Below, in pieces: positions 49,144 through 52,187 of a DNA stretch of 52,187 nucleotides. Source of the DNA: Calcarisporiella thermophila CBS 279.70. Its lineage: Eukaryota; Fungi; Calcarisporiellomycota. The stretch lies in contig NW_027192201.1 of NCBI RefSeq assembly GCF_041956535.1, positions 44,475 to 96,661 of the forward strand, written 5' to 3'. The position numbers were made by a program, and so were the translations under genes. The notes beneath the pieces were generated by a model. It searched no databases. It worked only from the letters and a program-made list of their open reading frames with translations, and was not told the origin of the DNA. How positions within the stretch are numbered: position 1 is the stretch's first letter; every line of letters begins with the position of its first letter.

Positions 49144-51555
49144 TTATGTTGGGACAAGTGATTGTTCATTTTGCGTCCAGAAGCCCAGTGGATCCTGAGC
49201 AGACCATAGAAGAACCTGGAATGACTTGCGTCGCATCCATTGTAACATCTGCGTAAACGGCCTGACGCTACGTGTGCGAGAAGGAAAGATAAGCGGATCT
49301 GCATCGAAATAGGGATCAAGATAGGGATCGGTTCGAGCGCGAGAAAACCTGGCAGGCAGAGAGAAGAGCGTCTTAGCAAAAGTAGAGGAAAGACCCGTTT
49401 TCCAAGCCCATGATACTATACCCGAAGAGGAGGACTAATGCGAGCATCTCCACTATAATTAAGAAAACTAGAACCGTGACGAGCCGTCTTGAAGAAGTGG
49501 TTGCCGGCAGGGACGGTGGTGAGCTTGATGCCTAAAAGGTAGTAAAATTGGTTGGGTCTAGCCAAAGAGGCATCCAAAGGCAGTTGAGAAACACATACTT
49601 TGGCTTCCATTTCACCCTTGAGTTTTCGGACTCGCTCAAGAGTCTGCGTGAGCCGTCGATCTATCTCGTCCTCCTTCTTCACCCTACTAATGACTTTATC
49701 CTTCAAGGATACCAACTCATCCTACCCAAACGTATTTAAGCAATCATTCTCAAATTATCCCATAATGCATAGAGTGGTTTGGCTTACGTTTGATTTAAGA
49801 ATTTCCTCCCTCATACTCTCCATCTCCTCTGATAAATTTTGCCATCGCGTCTCTTCTGCGCGATGAACCTCCTGCCTAACCACCTCGCTATCATTGGAAG
49901 GATTTCGATCTTCTTGCTGTGGTGAAAAAATACTCTCTACCTGAGGCTTCGACTTGTAGGGTGTAAAATCGAGTGAGGAGGTCACTTGTTTGTTGCCCTG
50001 AGTTTGCGATTTCTGATCAACTGGGGTAGTGTTGGAAGAAGGCATTGGCACTCTGCGCGGTGGAGAGATTTTTGAGATATCCAACTCGGCGGATGTATGT
50101 GAAATATCGGTTCGAGTAGAGTTCCAACGGCTATCCAGCTCAGGGACAGGAAATGGCACAGGCTAGATATTATAATTTGAATACATATGCACTTCAATCA
50201 AGTTTAAAGGCATCGAATTATTACCACGTGAAGAGAAGGCAAATCTTCCATGTCCTTCTCGTCTAAAGAATGATTTGCTACATCAGTGGATTGCTTGGGC
50301 ACCAATTGAGATGGCTCTTCGTATGAAGTAGAGACTTGTGCCTCATCCTCTTCCGTAATGGCGGGCAAAGTAGTTTGGAAAATATCAGACGCTAATAGTG
50401 ATTAAACTTCAGCAGAGAGATAATAGGTGGCATTCATGGGCATTATTACCGGTTGCATCTAGAACCCTGTCCATCATAGGACTCGATTGCTCCATTGTGA
50501 TAGCTTCGTGTGTTGAAGGTTGGGACTGTGTAATCGTGTGAGAAGAGGCCGTGAGTCCAATGCGGTTGTTGAAAGTGGATGGGCGAGTATCGGAAGTGTT
50601 TGGCACATCCAGCGTATCATCTGAAGCTCTTGGCTAAATAGTAGGAAAATTCAAATGGATAGTTAGGGGTTGCCTCCTAGATGCATGTTGAATTATACTA
50701 ACAGAGGTGAGCTTGGAGAGCCGACGCAATAGGCTGTGCGGTGTTTCTTGAGTTATCCGCTCTTTTGGAGTGAAGTGTTCCAGAGATTTCACCTTATCGC
50801 CGCTCTCTTGGAGTTGTGATGGCGATCGAAGTGGGCTTTCATAAGAGGCAATCTCACCTCGTGAGAATAGTTTCTCTGGCCGTACTGGCGCAGGCGTTAT
50901 GCTTAATTCGATCTAACAAAAAGTATCAGTAGCCTATTTCTTATATTGGATATCAGTGTATAATTCATACCTGATGTCGCGAAGCACTCTGATCATCAAG
51001 TCCCGTCTCATGTTCTGAAGCTTCTGGAGTTTCTACGCGTCCATCTATGGGTGGACGCGTCAAAAACTTGGAAGATTTATCCAATGATTGTGTCGACGCT
51101 TTTATATCCATACTTGTGGTTGCAGTTAATCTAGTTCTTCCGATATTTTCTGCATTGAAGCGTGCGCGCTGTGATGGTGTAAGAAAAATGTTGGAATTTA
51201 AATCCCTCTATTCAGATAAATAAGTGAGACGATGAATCCTTGAACATGCAATATATATTTCTGAGTATACTTTTCGACGTGTAACGCTATTATCAAAAGG
51301 AGAACGGGCTAGAAAACTAGGTTGGCTATCCTGAGAAGTCCCTTTAGGTTCTACATTTTCAGCGCTGGTGGTGAAGTCTCTTGGATTAGTGCGGTAGTGT
51401 TGAGAAACTGGAATTTTGCTTTTTGACTTGTTTGCATTATCATAAGGGCTAATCGCGTCAGCAGTCTTACCGTCTCTCAGATTAGATCGAGGAAAGGCTG
51501 GAGTGTAAGCGGGGGAACGGTAACCCTGCAGGGGCGATGTATATGTCTGTGACAT
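49144..51555 (-). CDS. Multi-exon disordered/coiled-coil protein with C-terminal TM and LVPT end (KASH-like candidate)
   Basis: ORFs 51208-51555, 50409-50606, 49755-50159 and 49416-49715 are separated by GT-AG introns; penultimate exon gives RRLVTVLVFLIIVEMLALVLLFG; last exon ends NEQSLVPT*. Confidence 0.65.
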
Positions 51556-51657
51556 TCTATTAGATTAGAAAATATAAGTGCGTAAATGAGAAATGAAAAA
51601 AAAAAATAAAATAAAATAAAATTATATATTCAAATGCCGCAAAAATGAATAAAAAAC

Positions 51658-51730
51658 TGGAGAACCCGGGTATCGATCCCGGTGCCTCTCGCATGCTAAG
51701 CGAGCGCTCTACCATTTGAGCTAGTCCCCC
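51658..51730 (-). tRNA. tRNA-Ala (AGC)
   Basis: Reverse complement GGGGGACTAGCTCAAATGGTAGAGCGCTCGCTTAGCATGCGAGAGGCACCGGGATCGATACCCGGGTTCTCCA; G3:U70 pair; T6 terminator follows. Confidence 0.97.
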
Positions 51731-51806
51731 AATTCCTGAGAATGTCGTGTGCTAGAGAAGGGATATGCTGTAAGCTAGGATAAATAGGCGAATAGTAGCG
51801 GTTTCA

Positions 51807-52074
51807 TAATCGAAATGGCGCGGGTTCGAACCCCGCAATCCCCACCAGCACTCGCTTCTTGAGATTGCTGTCCACTTGCCCTTTGGCTCTAACACGACAA
51901 ACACGACTTTCACGATAAACACAACAATAACGACTATTACTGACGCAATGAGCGATGCTCGTCAACATGACGTGGATAACTTACTTCGCGTCAAGCTCTT
52001 TCACGTCTGCTTCTTGTAATATTGGGAACTATTAACCTAATAAAAGTTTCCATTGATTGATCAAAAAAAAAAAA
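51807..52074 (+). mobile_element. 5'-truncated tRNA-headed retroposon (SINE-like) with poly(A) tail and target-site duplication
   Basis: T arm GCGGG-TTCGAAC-CCCGC, then AATCCCC-A-CCA; AATAAA 52039-52044; A12 52063-52074; flanked by (A)GCGGTTTCA at 51797-51806 and 52074-52083. Confidence 0.75.
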
Positions 52075-52088
52075 GCGGTTTCACGGAC

Positions 52089-52187
52089 GGGGGAGGGTTA
52101 GTGTAGTGGACTATCCCTGGTATGCCGACGAGAACGGCGTGGGTTCGAATCCCACTTCCCCCACCAGCACTTACTCTTAGTTTGTGG
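52089..52187 (+). mobile_element. Second related element: full tRNA-like Pol III head with encoded CCA, runs off the window
   Basis: Acceptor GGGGGAG/TTCCCCC, A box TAGTGTAGTGG, B box GGTTCGAATCC, ACCA, then the GCACT..TCTT trailer shared with the first element; no canonical D-arm/anticodon-arm geometry. Confidence 0.65.

Noticed and set aside
51760-51847. Intact tRNA gene using GGGAT (51760) paired with ATCCC
   Set aside because: Only 5 bp of acceptor pairing, no D arm, A box or anticodon arm; the TSD/poly(A) model explains the boundaries better.
52089-52166. Functional tRNA-Leu/Ser/Sec or tmRNA
   Set aside because: The T-arm context resembles Leu tRNAs, but no canonical cloverleaf, UCA anticodon arm or tmRNA body can be built.
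1-52187. CRISPR arrays, rRNA, prokaryotic operons
   Set aside because: No repeat-spacer arrays or rRNA motifs seen; spliceosomal introns throughout.

Overview
Eukaryotic, intron-rich genomic DNA, most likely from an early-diverging fungus (Mucoromycota/Zoopagomycota-like; inferred from short GT-AG introns and gene content, not from a search). It holds about 23 protein-coding genes: RNF121-like RING ligase, CC2D1/Lgd-like DM14+C2 protein, questin-oxidase family, Crinkler-type NTPase-REase, CCX/NCLX exchanger, amino-acid permease, P450, Ecl1-like, DHDPS/HOGA aldolase, DBR1, DUF3844, fasciclin, mitochondrial IF3, UBL-BAG, Opy2 and several cell-surface proteins. One tRNA gene lies near each end (Asp-GTC, Ala-AGC). 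The main candidate novelty is at the window edges. About 76 bp upstream of tRNA-Ala, head-to-head with it, is a 268-bp retroposed element with a tRNA-like head including an encoded CCA, AATAAA, A12 and a 9-10 bp target-site duplication. A second, diverged copy with a full tRNA-like head follows immediately. About 72 bp upstream of tRNA-Asp, also head-to-head, a stop-free frame with a weak LINE ORF2-like motif runs off the window. Together these suggest a tRNA-headed, tRNA-gene-targeted non-LTR retroelement (SINE/LINE) family. Other leads are a candidate KASH protein ending in LVPT, an OSD1/UVI4-like APC/C inhibitor candidate, and a GC-AG intron in DBR1. Gene coordinates span introns and were spliced by eye.
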